Shown here piece by piece: positions 39,701 through 48,778 of a stretch of DNA of 64,000 nucleotides (positions are counted from its first letter, which is position 1; every line of letters starts with the position of its first letter). Origin of the DNA: Lysobacterales bacterium (GTDB lineage: Bacteria > Pseudomonadota > Gammaproteobacteria > Xanthomonadales > SZUA-5). The position numbers were made by a program, and so were the translations under genes. The notes beneath the pieces are model-generated. The model saw nothing but the letters and a program-made list of their open reading frames with translations. It made no database searches and was not told the origin of the DNA. The stretch spans positions 32,001 to 96,000 of the forward strand of contig JALHMH010000004.1 of assembly GCA_022844165.1 (NCBI GenBank), read 5' to 3'.

Positions 39701-40956
39701 GGCTGGCTGTAGCCATCGATTTCCAGGCTGTCGGTGATGTCCGGTAGCGGCGTCAGCAGTTGCACCAAGGGGATATTGGCCAGTACATTGCAACTGCCAG
39801 TGATGTCGAAGACGATCTTCTGTGTGCCCGGCGTGGCATTGGCCGAAGTGATCGCCGCGCGCAGTGAGCCGGCGCCGCTGTCATTCTCGTTGGTGACGCT
39901 GAGCACCGGCAGATCGCTGATCGAAGACTCAAAGGCGCCCATGTCGTAACGTGTGCCGACCAGGCGCCCGCCGGCAGGGCCATCCAGATCCTGTGCGGGC
40001 GGCGAAAAATTGAGCTGGCTGGCTTCCACACTATTCAGACCGGCGTTGATCGCCACCGACACCGGCGCCGTTTCGCGCAGGCGGAAGTTGCCGCCACCCA
40101 CGAATCCGGGTGTTGAGCTGATGATATTGCCAGCGGATCCACCGGCTGGCAGCAGGCCTTGTGGGATGGCGGGGTAGAGGTTTTCGCGGAACACCCAGGC
40201 CTTCGCATCCGACAGATTCGGTACAGTTATGGCTGTCACGCAGCCGCTGGTGGCGACGATGTTCTGCACGAACAAGGAGTTGCTGCGCTCGCTGTAAAGA
40301 CTGAGCGCCGGATCGTTGCCGTTGCACGACAGCGAAAAGGTGTTGAAAGCCACTTCGGGACGCGCGTCAGCGTTGGCATAGGACAGATCGACCGTGGAGT
40401 TGCCCAGCGTGGAGCCCAGCAGGCCCGCCATCACGTTGTTGGAAATGTTGTAGGTCTGGGCGTCGCTGGCGGCGATGAGCACGTACAAGCCGGTCACGAA
40501 TTCGTTGAAGCGAATGCGTATGAAGTCGGTATCCGGGCAGGACTGGCCGAACGGGCATGTGTTTTCGAACAAGAAGAACTGCCGGAAATTCTGGAAGCGA
40601 ATGCCCTCGATCCGGAAACTGCGCTGGTTGCCGGTGAAGCTGAAGTCGCTGCCATTGGAGAGCGCACCGCTGCCAGTGAACACTGTGTTGGCGGAGTTGA
40701 TCGTGCGTGCGGTGCATCCGCTATTCCAGCCGCCGGTCAAGGAAAACTCCTTGTCCTCACCGCTGCCGAAGCTCAGCCCGGCCGGCAGGGCGTAACTGCC
40801 GCCGCGCACACGGATGTCCTGCACCGTGCCGTCGGCGTCGCCATTGGCGCTTGCAAACGCCGACTGAATTTCGCTGCTCGTATCGACGCAGTACACGGCT
40901 GCGTCTACGCCCAAGGCAATCGTGGAGGCCAGGAAGGCACAATAGAAGCGCTGCAT
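36733..40956 (-). CDS. Large secreted adhesin-like protein (beta-helix regions plus about 6 Ig-like repeats) ending FASGFE
   Basis: Signal peptide; DSGAGSLRAAI; repeated TTTI.SD.PDPS..GQ.Y.V units; DSLFASGFE*. Confidence 0.92.
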   Translation of the reverse strand: MQRFYCAFLASTIALGVDAAVYCVDTSSEIQSAFASANGDADGTVQDIRVRGGSYALPAGLSFGSGEDKEFSLTGGWNSGCTARTINSANTVFTGSGALSNGSDFSFTGNQRSFRIEGIRFQNFRQFFLFENTCPFGQSCPDTDFIRIRFNEFVTGLYVLIAASDAQTYNISNNVMAGLLGSTLGNSTVDLSYANADARPEVAFNTFSLSCNGNDPALSLYSERSNSLFVQNIVATSGCVTAITVPNLSDAKAWVFRENLYPAIPQGLLPAGGSAGNIISSTPGFVGGGNFRLRETAPVSVAINAGLNSVEASQLNFSPPAQDLDGPAGGRLVGTRYDMGAFESSISDLPVLSVTNENDSGAGSLRAAITSANATPGTQKIVFDITGSCNVLANIPLVQLLTPLPDITDSLEIDGYSQPGAVPNTQTLGSDAVICLAMSHAFGSTMTHYLQVPANAPAGTSLILRGVAFNAIAGSATSAVRLRGGSDHIVQGNAFGGAGPGVHANLGTFSFGLRIEDSAQDATVGGPEPEHRNTFGGQSTSGITLFDSTSGGHTIQNNYIGVAASGLAASPITGNGIFASASPDVRILDNVIAASQNSAGLSITGATATGYEIARNRFGTAASGVPTPAFRNASGIVITGGSGNHQIGGILNSAASNTITNSEGPGVHLTTTAGVGVAIRPNRIFANGLTNTLAQNIELGDLGPLDNDPGDADGGPNNGQNKPVINASTINPDGTRQVSGSLATQTGQYIIDIYRSPDCPNGRANMLNLVGTQFVTNLVGVVGFNVAVPGTATGGVLSAVATRISTGDTSEASLCFLEASASTTTITADTPDPSAFGQPYQVTAQTTSPSGTPNGEITISDGSGVQCVIALSASGSGSCQMLSTTLGNKTLTANFPGSLFHLPSSDTEPHQINPVGTQLTITSDQPDPSEVGQPYEVQVQVRTPNGNLAVPQGTVTVSDGTGQTCQIASLSGGNGSCALTSLTVGNKTLSATFSGAPNFLNSSDTESHVVVAASTTTTIISDTPDPSIIGQNYTVVVAVATNLGFAAPTGTVGVSDGSGASCTIVLSTGGGSCQMASSTPGQKTLTAVYTPNSQAFAASQDTESHTVTLPPSTTTITSDLPDPSEVNQPYTVMVQVAGAGATPTGTVSINDGSGASCTNVTLSGGMASCQLTSTSAGQKTLTANYSGNASYASSSDTEPHTVTMPQAVNTTITITGQAPNPSRVGEAYVVNVLVTAANGSLPTGGFFINGSGGSPSCNGVVTNGSGSCQLVSSVAGNTLLTACFPAGNGFNGSCDGQAQQVLAANTALNGLSIAPSPSIAGQTVTASAILGVEAPGAGSPTGSITVSASASENCTIALPATSCQLTLTQVGVRSISFNYLGNANFNPSSRNTTHEVVLDSLFASGFE

Positions 40957-41029
40957 GAAGATCCCTGAGTGGTTTGGCTTGCCATGGAAAACGTCGACAC
41001 CAGGCAAAGCGCACAACAGGGCTGCGAAT

Positions 41030-41255
41030 CTCTGCGGATTTCGTCTGCGCGGTCGGCCAGCAGCACTTCGAGGCGCTCAAGGCGGTCTCCCAGCTCGAAC
41101 AACTCAGCATGAACCTCGGCCGTGACTTCGATGCGGGGGCTTAAGGTCTCATAGCTGCCCGAGGCGGCAGGCTTGATCCGCACGTCCAGCCATTGCCAAT
41201 CGCCCGCGAACTGGGCGATGCCAAAGTCGAGTCGCACACTGAACAGGCCGTTGTT
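41030..41255 (-). pseudogene. Internally deleted paralogue of the 44620 gene family
   Basis: GLFSVRLDFG..WLDVRI..GSYETLSPR..VTA joined directly to a coiled-coil tail (LGDRLERLEVLL). Confidence 0.65.
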
Positions 41256-41273
41256 GTACTCCGATCGAGCCGG

Positions 41274-41316
41274 CTTGCCTTGCTCTATCGGATTCGGATG
41301 GGGGCAGGGTTCAATC
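41274..41316 (-). promoter_or_regulatory. Candidate ECF promoter TGAACC-N17-CGATA
   Basis: Conserved with 44504-44546; both lie upstream of paralogous genes. Confidence 0.5.
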
Positions 41317-43644
41317 GCTGTTGCGCGATGACGGCAACACCGTCACTGGATCAAGTGCGGCCAGCGCTTCCAGATCTTCGACAACATTTGGGTGGCTGTC
41401 ATCGCCATACAGTTCACGATCGATCGACAATGCCTCGGTCCATTCACTGCGCGCTTGCGCGATACGACCAACCGCCGCTAATGCACGGGCGCGAGAGGTG
41501 CGCCAATTGCGAACTCCCAGGCTGCGCGGGCCGCGGTACTCGCGCGTGGCCTCGCCAACGCGTTCCAGCCGGTCGAGCGCCGCCTGCGGCTGACCGAGTT
41601 CGACCTCCAGATTTGCATAGTTGACCTCAAGACGCAGTGTGGCGCTGTTGTCCGCGCCATATACCGCTCGTCCGTCTTCGAGTGCGCGTTGATACCAGGG
41701 CTGACTTGCAGCGACGTCGCCGCCCAGACGGAGAGCGGATCCAATCATGGACGCAACGTTGACGGCCTGGACGCTGCGCGCGCCGAATCTTCGCTCCACG
41801 ATAGGATAAAGCGGCTTCAGCAGTCCTCTCGCTTTGTCGTATTGCTGGTGCACGAGGTAAAGTACTGCGAGCGAGTTCTGCGCAGAAATGGTTCGGCTAT
41901 GCGCCTCGCCGCGCAGCGTTGTCAGCCGCGCGATAACGCTGAGATAGGTGCTCTCTGCATTCTCGAAATCGCCGGCATCGCCCAGGGCGATAGCAATTGT
42001 GTGCAGGTTGCCCAGGGTCGCCGGATCGTCGGCGCCAAGATGCGTCTCAAGCAGCGGTTGCAGCGGCTGCGCCAGGGCCAACGCACGCCGTGCATCTCCA
42101 CTACGTGCGATCTGATCGACCAACGCCTGGCGGCGCTCCAGGGTGTCGGAATCGAGGGCACCGAAGGCCTGCTCGCTCTCGCGCGCAACTGCCTCCAGTT
42201 CCGCCAGCGCCTCAACCGGCCGGTTCAATCCATCCTTCATATCGGCGATCCGCGCGCGCAGTTTGAGACGTTCGCGTACGGCATTGGCCGGCAACACATC
42301 AAGTGCATGCGACAGGTGGCGAACCGCAGCCTCCAGTTCGCTCAATTGCGCGTAAGTGTTGCCAATGACGCGTTCGATATCGGCCAATACCTCCGGTTCG
42401 TTCTTGAGTTCGGTTTGCGCCTTGACCGCGGCACCATCGAGAATTTGACGCAGCAGCTGTTTGTCGAGATCGCGGGCACGATCCGGATCCACGGCCGAGA
42501 GCACGTCGCCCAAGAACTGCGCCGTACGTTCGGCACGCAGGCGCTCGCGCTGCGCATGGTCAAGACTCAACGTCGTTGTGACCAGTCCACCAACCAGCGC
42601 CACCACCAGGCCGGCCGTCAGCAGCAGTGCCGTGGCATGGCGGCGCATGAAACACCGCGCGCGATACCAACGCGAGGCTCCCATCGCGACGACTGCCCGG
42701 CGCTCCAGGAAACGCTGCAAATCGAGTCCCAGGGCTTCGGCTGTGCTGTACCGCGCCCGGGGATTGGGGGCGCTGGCCTTGGTCGCGATTGCGCCCAGTT
42801 CGTATGCGGCTTTACCGGGCGCGGCAGTGAGTAACTCGGACAACACCACTCCAAGCGAGTAAACATCAGTTTCTGTCGACACTGCCTCCCCGGCCAGTTG
42901 TTCGGGGCTTGCGTAACCCGGCGTATAGCCCTGCGCGTGCGGTGCTTCAGCGTGCCGGTCCTGCAATCGGGCCACGCCGAAATCGAGCAGCACGACGCGG
43001 CCGGTGGCGTCGACTAACAGATTGGATGGCTTGATGTCGCAATGTACGACCAATTGCCGATGCGCAAAGGCGACGGCGTCGCATGCCTGGATCATCAACT
43101 GGACGATGTCGCGCGCGACCAGGTTCTGATCTTTACACCAGGCATCGATATGCACGCCGTCGATGTATTCCATCACCAGATACGGCCTGCCATCACTGCT
43201 GGCGCCGCCATCCAACAGATGCGCAATGTTCGGATGGCTCAGTTGCGCGAGCAGTTGCCGCTCGGAAGTGAAGTACGCCAGTTGTTGGGGTGTTGGCATA
43301 CCCGCGATGAACTTGAGCGCAGCCGTTTGCGCGTAGTGCCCATCGGTGCGCTCGACGCGATATACCCAACCCATGCCGCCGCGGCCGACATCGCCGACGA
43401 TCTTCCACGGGCCCAATATGTCGCCGATAGCCAGCGTTGGTGCAGCCAGCGATCGCAGCATGGCGTCGCGCGGTTTGGCGAAGCGCTGCGTCTGGGCGCG
43501 ATCGCTGGCAGCGCATAGCGCCAGCACTTCTGCCAGCAATTCGGCATTGACTCCTGCCGCGTGCAGCGAAGGCTCGCGCTCGTCCGGCTCAAGCTCGACC
43601 GCGATCTCGAACCACTCGCGCAATCCCGGTGACGACTCAGCCAT
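41311..43644 (-). CDS. Ser/Thr protein kinase with TM and TPR repeats
   Basis: VGRGGMGWVY, HCDIKPSN, DFG, TPGYASPEQ; TPR-like C-terminus. Confidence 0.95.
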   Translation of the reverse strand: MAESSPGLREWFEIAVELEPDEREPSLHAAGVNAELLAEVLALCAASDRAQTQRFAKPRDAMLRSLAAPTLAIGDILGPWKIVGDVGRGGMGWVYRVERTDGHYAQTAALKFIAGMPTPQQLAYFTSERQLLAQLSHPNIAHLLDGGASSDGRPYLVMEYIDGVHIDAWCKDQNLVARDIVQLMIQACDAVAFAHRQLVVHCDIKPSNLLVDATGRVVLLDFGVARLQDRHAEAPHAQGYTPGYASPEQLAGEAVSTETDVYSLGVVLSELLTAAPGKAAYELGAIATKASAPNPRARYSTAEALGLDLQRFLERRAVVAMGASRWYRARCFMRRHATALLLTAGLVVALVGGLVTTTLSLDHAQRERLRAERTAQFLGDVLSAVDPDRARDLDKQLLRQILDGAAVKAQTELKNEPEVLADIERVIGNTYAQLSELEAAVRHLSHALDVLPANAVRERLKLRARIADMKDGLNRPVEALAELEAVARESEQAFGALDSDTLERRQALVDQIARSGDARRALALAQPLQPLLETHLGADDPATLGNLHTIAIALGDAGDFENAESTYLSVIARLTTLRGEAHSRTISAQNSLAVLYLVHQQYDKARGLLKPLYPIVERRFGARSVQAVNVASMIGSALRLGGDVAASQPWYQRALEDGRAVYGADNSATLRLEVNYANLEVELGQPQAALDRLERVGEATREYRGPRSLGVRNWRTSRARALAAVGRIAQARSEWTEALSIDRELYGDDSHPNVVEDLEALAALDPVTVLPSSRNSD

Positions 43645-44206
43645 GGTCGAGCGCTTTGCTGATGTGAGCGCGCGCGAATCGCAGGTCCCGCTTCACCGTT
43701 GGCACCGAAACACCAAGAACATGAGCGATTTGTTCCTGGTCGAGATCGCCGAAGCAGCTCAGATGCATCACCTGGGCGCTGCGGGCATCGATTGCTTCCA
43801 GCGCCTGCAATGCTTGTTCCAGCGCCAGCAAATCGAACGCCATCGCCTCCTCGTGCGCCTCGGCCTTCGACAAGCTGACCATCAATCGCTCGCCACCGCG
43901 CTTCTCGGCCACACGCGCACGGGCGTGGTCGATCAGTATCGTACGCATCGCCATCGACAGCGTGGCAAAAAAATGCGCGCGATCGTTGAAGTCGGTCTCA
44001 GCGCGCATCATGCCAAGCACCGCCTCATGAACCAGCTCCGTCGGCGATAGTGTCGCCCCGCGCGCATCTCGCCGCAGCCGCGCTTCGGCAATGCGGCGCA
44101 AATCGCGATAAACCTGGGCCAGAAATTGGTCGAAAGCGCCGCGATCGCCGCCGCGCCAGGCGATCAGCAGATGCGTCAGGTCTTGGTGTTGCGGCAATCG
44201 ATCCAC
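43637..44206 (-). CDS. Kinase-associated ECF sigma factor (TIGR02999-like)
   Basis: LTHLLIAWRGGD..TLSPTELVHEA..DRAHFFA..AEKRGG..TVKRDLRFARA; overlaps the kinase start. Confidence 0.92.
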   Translation of the reverse strand: MDRLPQHQDLTHLLIAWRGGDRGAFDQFLAQVYRDLRRIAEARLRRDARGATLSPTELVHEAVLGMMRAETDFNDRAHFFATLSMAMRTILIDHARARVAEKRGGERLMVSLSKAEAHEEAMAFDLLALEQALQALEAIDARSAQVMHLSCFGDLDQEQIAHVLGVSVPTVKRDLRFARAHISKALDHG

Positions 44207-44262
44207 CCATCGAATCTCAGTTCGCGTCGGCTGACGCCATCATACCGGCGCTCCCCTGATTC

Positions 44263-44369
44263 TCAGCGCCGAGTCTCACCCCCATAACTTAAAGGGCTGC
44301 AAAAGCCAAAGCCGCCGCTTCTAAGAAGCAGACTCAAATGAACAGATCCGCCTACCTCAAGGACTCTGG
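44263..44369 (-). repeat. Partial copy of the ~245-bp structured repeat
   Basis: Aligns with 61159-61264. Confidence 0.85.
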
Positions 44370-44503
44370 TCGGCGACTGCATTGGCAACCCAATTGCTCA
44401 GAGCGAAACACCCAACTGACCATGGCTTGTGGTGACCACTGGACTTTCGGAGTTGCGGCCGCATGCCGGCGACCGCGGCTCTGAGCACAACGAGAATGTG
44501 GCT

Positions 44504-44546
44504 GGTTGATCCCTCCTGCCATGCGAATCCGATAGAGACAGGCAAG
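44504..44546 (+). promoter_or_regulatory. Candidate ECF promoter TGATCC-N17-CGATA
   Basis: Conserved with 41274-41316. Confidence 0.5.
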
Positions 44547-44619
44547 TGACGAGCGAAGCCCCGAGACGAAGGGGCCGCGCCGGGCACGGCATCCCTCTCG
44601 ATCAGGAGTTCGCACACCC

Positions 44620-45408
44620 ATGAGACCATCGATTTTTCTTGCGGCTTTGTTCGTACATGCTTCGATGCAAGCAGAATCCGTCCAGCCCACGATGACGTAT
44701 CAAGGTGAGCTGCGCACGGCCGGCGTGCCCAGCAGCGGTCCGCACGACTTCCGAGTCAGGCTCTTTGATGAGCCGATGGAGGGGCGCACCCTTGCCGCGT
44801 TCAGCGTCGACGACCACGTTGTCGAACAAGGCCTGTTTTCGCTGCCGCTTGACTTCGGCTACGCGCCGTTTCGGACCGACCGGCAGCTATGGGTTGAATT
44901 GAGCGTGCGCGAGGGCTCGCAAACGGGCAGTTACACGACTCTGCTGCCACGGCGTCCGCTCACTGCCGCGCCGCAGGCGCTGACCGCACTGACGGTCGCG
45001 CCGGGGAGTGTGGGTCGCGTCGAAATTAACCCCGCAGATGTCCAACGTCGCGTCACTGAGGCCTGTGCAGTGGGCTCGTCCATACGCGCCATCGACGTCA
45101 ACGGCCATGTGGAGTGCGAACCCGACACAGGTATCACCGGTTGGCAGATCGTTACGTTCACTCAAACGTATTTTGGTGGCGTCGGCGGTGGCGTCAGCGC
45201 GCAAGGGGAAGCTGTCTGTCCTGCCGGGAAACGCATTGTGGGTGGCGGCGTGAATCCGGGCTGTGCCGCAGCGGATATCCGCGAGAACTGGCCGCGGGCG
45301 TCGTCGGGTCCGATTTACGGCTGGAGAGGGGCGGTGGTCAAGGGTGAGGATGCCTGTGGGCAAGACCCCGCGACACTCACGGTGTACGCCATTTGCACCA
45401 ACAATTGA
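44620..45408 (+). CDS. Secreted protein with TYQG.L..LDFG N-terminal module (tail-fibre/collagen-like family)
   Basis: Signal peptide; TYQGEL, GLFSLPLDFG, VQRRVTEAC, CPAGKRIVGGG, VYAIC. Confidence 0.8.
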   Translation: MRPSIFLAALFVHASMQAESVQPTMTYQGELRTAGVPSSGPHDFRVRLFDEPMEGRTLAAFSVDDHVVEQGLFSLPLDFGYAPFRTDRQLWVELSVREGSQTGSYTTLLPRRPLTAAPQALTALTVAPGSVGRVEINPADVQRRVTEACAVGSSIRAIDVNGHVECEPDTGITGWQIVTFTQTYFGGVGGGVSAQGEAVCPAGKRIVGGGVNPGCAAADIRENWPRASSGPIYGWRGAVVKGEDACGQDPATLTVYAICTNN

Positions 45409-45419
45409 GGTGACCGCAC

Positions 45420-46037
45420 ATGCGCACCGCAACTAGATTTGCATCGCTTATCTTGCTCTCGCTCGGATCGAGCATTGCCGCGCAGACGCCGCTCCGCGCG
45501 GTCGCGGTTCATGCCAGTAGTGGCGGTGGCGCCATCGCTGGCGGCGTCTTTGCCGCTCAGGTGAGCATTGGCATCGAAGGTACGGGCATATCGAGCGGTG
45601 GCGCGTTCGAGTTGACTGGCGGTTTGATGCGGCGCCGACCGCCGCAAAGCGACGTCCGTGCAACGCTGGTTGACACGCCTGATCCAGTGGCTGCCGGGGG
45701 ACGGTTAACCTATGTCGCCACGGTGCTCAATGATGGGCCCGGCGTGGCGACGGACGTGAGCTTGTCTTTGCCATTGCCCCCACGCACCACGTTGGTTGCG
45801 GGCAGCGCCAACGAAAACGGAGCGTGCAGCAGCGGTGCCGTGGTGGTCTGCGCCTGGGCAGGGCCAGTGCCGCCCGGCGCGACAAGAATTGCCAGCATCG
45901 TTGTCACCGTCGCTGCCACATCGAGCGGTAGCTTGAGCGCAACCGCTACCGCTGCGGCAAACAACGATGGCCAAAGCAGCAATAACACCGCAAGCGCCAT
46001 CACCCATGTTTCGCGACGGGGTGTACCGTCGGGATAG
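45420..46037 (+). CDS. Secreted DUF11-domain protein, possibly truncated
   Basis: Signal peptide; DTPDPVAAGGRLTYVATVLNDGPGVATDV..SNNTA. Confidence 0.75.
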   Translation: MRTATRFASLILLSLGSSIAAQTPLRAVAVHASSGGGAIAGGVFAAQVSIGIEGTGISSGGAFELTGGLMRRRPPQSDVRATLVDTPDPVAAGGRLTYVATVLNDGPGVATDVSLSLPLPPRTTLVAGSANENGACSSGAVVVCAWAGPVPPGATRIASIVVTVAATSSGSLSATATAAANNDGQSSNNTASAITHVSRRGVPSG

Positions 46038-46158
46038 GCGGCGGCGCGCGGTTGCCGATCAGGCTCAAGGCGGCTGCCAGAAATCGATCAATACGCCGCG
46101 CGGTCACGCCCCCGGGGACACGCTCCTGGGCATCCCGATCTGACAGAAAAAGGATGCC

Positions 46159-46233
46159 TTGCATGAGCCGTATCGCATGGAGGGCAAGAAGACCATGGGT
46201 TTGAGTTCGCCGATCAGCTCGCCTGGACAGTGC
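46159..46233 (+). pseudogene. thrC: Short internal threonine synthase remnant at the island edge
   Basis: EPYRMEGKKTMG aligns with 25554-25630. Confidence 0.7.
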
Positions 46234-46444
46234 GGACTCGGCCTGTCGGCGCAGTGCATTCATCGAATTCGCCGATCGTACTTGACGAAAGGTTCTCGCT
46301 GATGCTCGCTCCGTCGTTCGTCTCATGGCTTTGATGTTGCTGGCCGGCGGGTCAAACCTGCCCCCGTTTCTGCCCGCATTGTGGCCCCAAGTCGATCATT
46401 AGGCCGCTATGCTTGGAGGCTGACTGTCAACACGGAAGCAAGCC

Positions 46445-47644
46445 ATGCCTGGATTGGCCAGACGAATGAGCCGCGCGGTGCCGAGCGCGATTATGGCCGT
46501 GGCGGAGAAAGCTAAATCGCTGAAAGCGCAGGGCCGCGACATCATCAGCTTTTCGATCGGTGTGCCGAATTTCTTGCCGGGTGAGCACGTATATGCGGCG
46601 GCGCGTGAGTCGTTGCAGAAGGACAGCGGTAACTACGGCTCCAATCGTGGCCCGGATGCTCTGCTCGACGCCTACCTGATGCACTTCAAGCGCAACGGTT
46701 TCGATGGCTTCGAGCGCAAGCACCTGTGCGTTGGCGTTGGCGCTAAACATGTGATCTTCAACGTAATGTACGCGATTCTCGAAGAGGGCGATGAGCTGAT
46801 TCTCCCGGCACCATACTGGACGAGCCATATCGACATCGCGCGAATCCTTGGCGCCGAGATTAAAATTGCTCACTGTCGTAGCGAGCAAGACTACAAGCTC
46901 AACGCGGCGCAGCTCGATGCGTTGATCACGCCAAGAACCAGGCTGTTGGTGCTCAACAACCCGGGTAATCCGACTGGCATGGTGTACTCGGAGAGCGAGA
47001 TTCGTGCCTTAGGCGATGTGCTCAGCCAACACCCGCATGTCTGGATTCTGTCTGACGACATCTACAACCAGATGATTTTCGATGGCCTGGGATGGCACCA
47101 TTTGCTCAAGACACATCCGCATCTGCGCGATCGTGTCATCGTGCTCGACTCGCTGTCGAAGACCTATGGCATGCCGGGTTGGCGTGTCGGCGTTGCAGCG
47201 GCACCGGTGGAGCTGGCGCAGGCATTGGTCACGTTGAACTCCAATCATATTACCAATCTGCCTGAAGTGGTCTGCGCAGCGGCGGTGGCGGCATTGACCG
47301 GGCCGCAGGACATTCCGCAAAGGATGGCGCGCGAGTTTATGGGCAAACGCGACGAAGTCATGGCGACCTTTGCCCGCATCGATGGGCTGACCTGCCCGCG
47401 GCCGCAAGGCGCGTTTTATGTGTTTCCAGACATATCGTTTGCCTTCGGCAAGCGTCATGGCGGGGTACTGATTGCTGACGATGTCGATTTCTGCAATATG
47501 CTGCTGGAAAAGAAGGGCGTCGCCTGTGTGCCCGGCAGCGCGTTCGGCGAGCCCAGGGGACTGCGTATTTCCTATACGTGCAAGGCACAAGAACTGTCCG
47601 ACGGGTTGAGTCGTTTTGAAGCGTTTTGCCGCGAACTTGGCTAG
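46445..47644 (+). CDS. aspC: Aspartate aminotransferase (class I PLP)
   Basis: NNPGNPTG, SDDIY, SLSKTYGMPGWRVG, PQGAFY. Confidence 0.9.
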   Translation: MPGLARRMSRAVPSAIMAVAEKAKSLKAQGRDIISFSIGVPNFLPGEHVYAAARESLQKDSGNYGSNRGPDALLDAYLMHFKRNGFDGFERKHLCVGVGAKHVIFNVMYAILEEGDELILPAPYWTSHIDIARILGAEIKIAHCRSEQDYKLNAAQLDALITPRTRLLVLNNPGNPTGMVYSESEIRALGDVLSQHPHVWILSDDIYNQMIFDGLGWHHLLKTHPHLRDRVIVLDSLSKTYGMPGWRVGVAAAPVELAQALVTLNSNHITNLPEVVCAAAVAALTGPQDIPQRMAREFMGKRDEVMATFARIDGLTCPRPQGAFYVFPDISFAFGKRHGGVLIADDVDFCNMLLEKKGVACVPGSAFGEPRGLRISYTCKAQELSDGLSRFEAFCRELG

Positions 47645-47696
47645 ATAACGCCGCGTTCGCCGGCCCATTCCCAAGAAAAATGAAGGAAAACGAGAA

Positions 47697-48680
47697 ATGA
47701 AAACTCCCGTTCGTGTTGTTGTTACCGGAGCTGCGGGCCAAATCGGCTACGCGCTGCTATTTCGCATTGCATCTGGCGACATGCTGGGCAAGGACCAACC
47801 GGTGATTTTGCATCTCCTGGAAATCACGCCAGCGCTGCCGGCCCTGAACGGCGTGGTGATGGAATTGAATGATTGTGCTTTCCCACTATTGCACGGTGTT
47901 GTCGCTACGGATGACGCGAATGTCGCGTTCAAAGACGCCAACTATGCGATGTTGGTGGGTGCGCGTCCGCGCGGGCCAGGCATGGAGCGCAAAGACCTGC
48001 TCGAAGCGAATGCGGCGATCTTTTCGGTGCAGGGTAGGGCGATGGACGCGTATGCGGCGCGCGACATCAAGGTACTTGTGGTAGGCAATCCGGCAAACAC
48101 GAATGCCCTGATCGCGCAACAAAACGCGCCAAGCATCCCGGCCGGGCAGTTCACCGCGATGATGCGTCTGGATCACAACCGCGCGATCAGCCAGCTCGCC
48201 GAGAAGACCGGCGCATTGAACACCGACATCCAGCGCATGATCGTGTGGGGCAATCACTCGGCGACGCAGTATCCGGATATCCACCATGCGATCGTGAAGG
48301 GCACGCCAGCTGCCGGGCAAGTCGACTCGGCCTGGTATCGCGATACCTTTATCCCGACCGTGCAGCAGCGCGGTGCGGCGATCATCAAGGCACGTGGCGC
48401 GTCTTCGGCCGCCTCTGCAGCCGGTGCTGCGATCGATCATATGCGCGACTGGGCGCTTGGCACCGCTGACGGCGAATGGGTCACGATGGCCATTCCATCG
48501 GACGGCAGCTATGGCATCGCACCGGGCGTGATTTACGGCTACCCGGTGACCTGCGCTCAAGGGAACTATTCCATCGTGCAAGGCCTCAATGTCGACGAGT
48601 TTTCCCGCGAGCGTATGGCTGCGACCGAGAAGGAACTGCGCGAAGAGCGCGCGGCGGTTGAACATCTGTTCCCACGCTGA
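47697..48680 (+). CDS. mdh: Malate dehydrogenase
   Basis: [30 protein letters not shown]. Confidence 0.98.
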   Translation: MKTPVRVVVTGAAGQIGYALLFRIASGDMLGKDQPVILHLLEITPALPALNGVVMELNDCAFPLLHGVVATDDANVAFKDANYAMLVGARPRGPGMERKDLLEANAAIFSVQGRAMDAYAARDIKVLVVGNPANTNALIAQQNAPSIPAGQFTAMMRLDHNRAISQLAEKTGALNTDIQRMIVWGNHSATQYPDIHHAIVKGTPAAGQVDSAWYRDTFIPTVQQRGAAIIKARGASSAASAAGAAIDHMRDWALGTADGEWVTMAIPSDGSYGIAPGVIYGYPVTCAQGNYSIVQGLNVDEFSRERMAATEKELREERAAVEHLFPR

Positions 48681-48778
48681 TTCTCCCGCAGTTTGTCGGT
48701 TGCGGCGATCAACTGCCGCAATCGATGGACGTACGACAAACTCTCCGAATTTTGCCCCGCAACCTGCATTCAACGCCG

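Noticed and set aside
44620-45408. Prophage tail gene
   Set aside because: It has a signal peptide, and no other phage genes are present.
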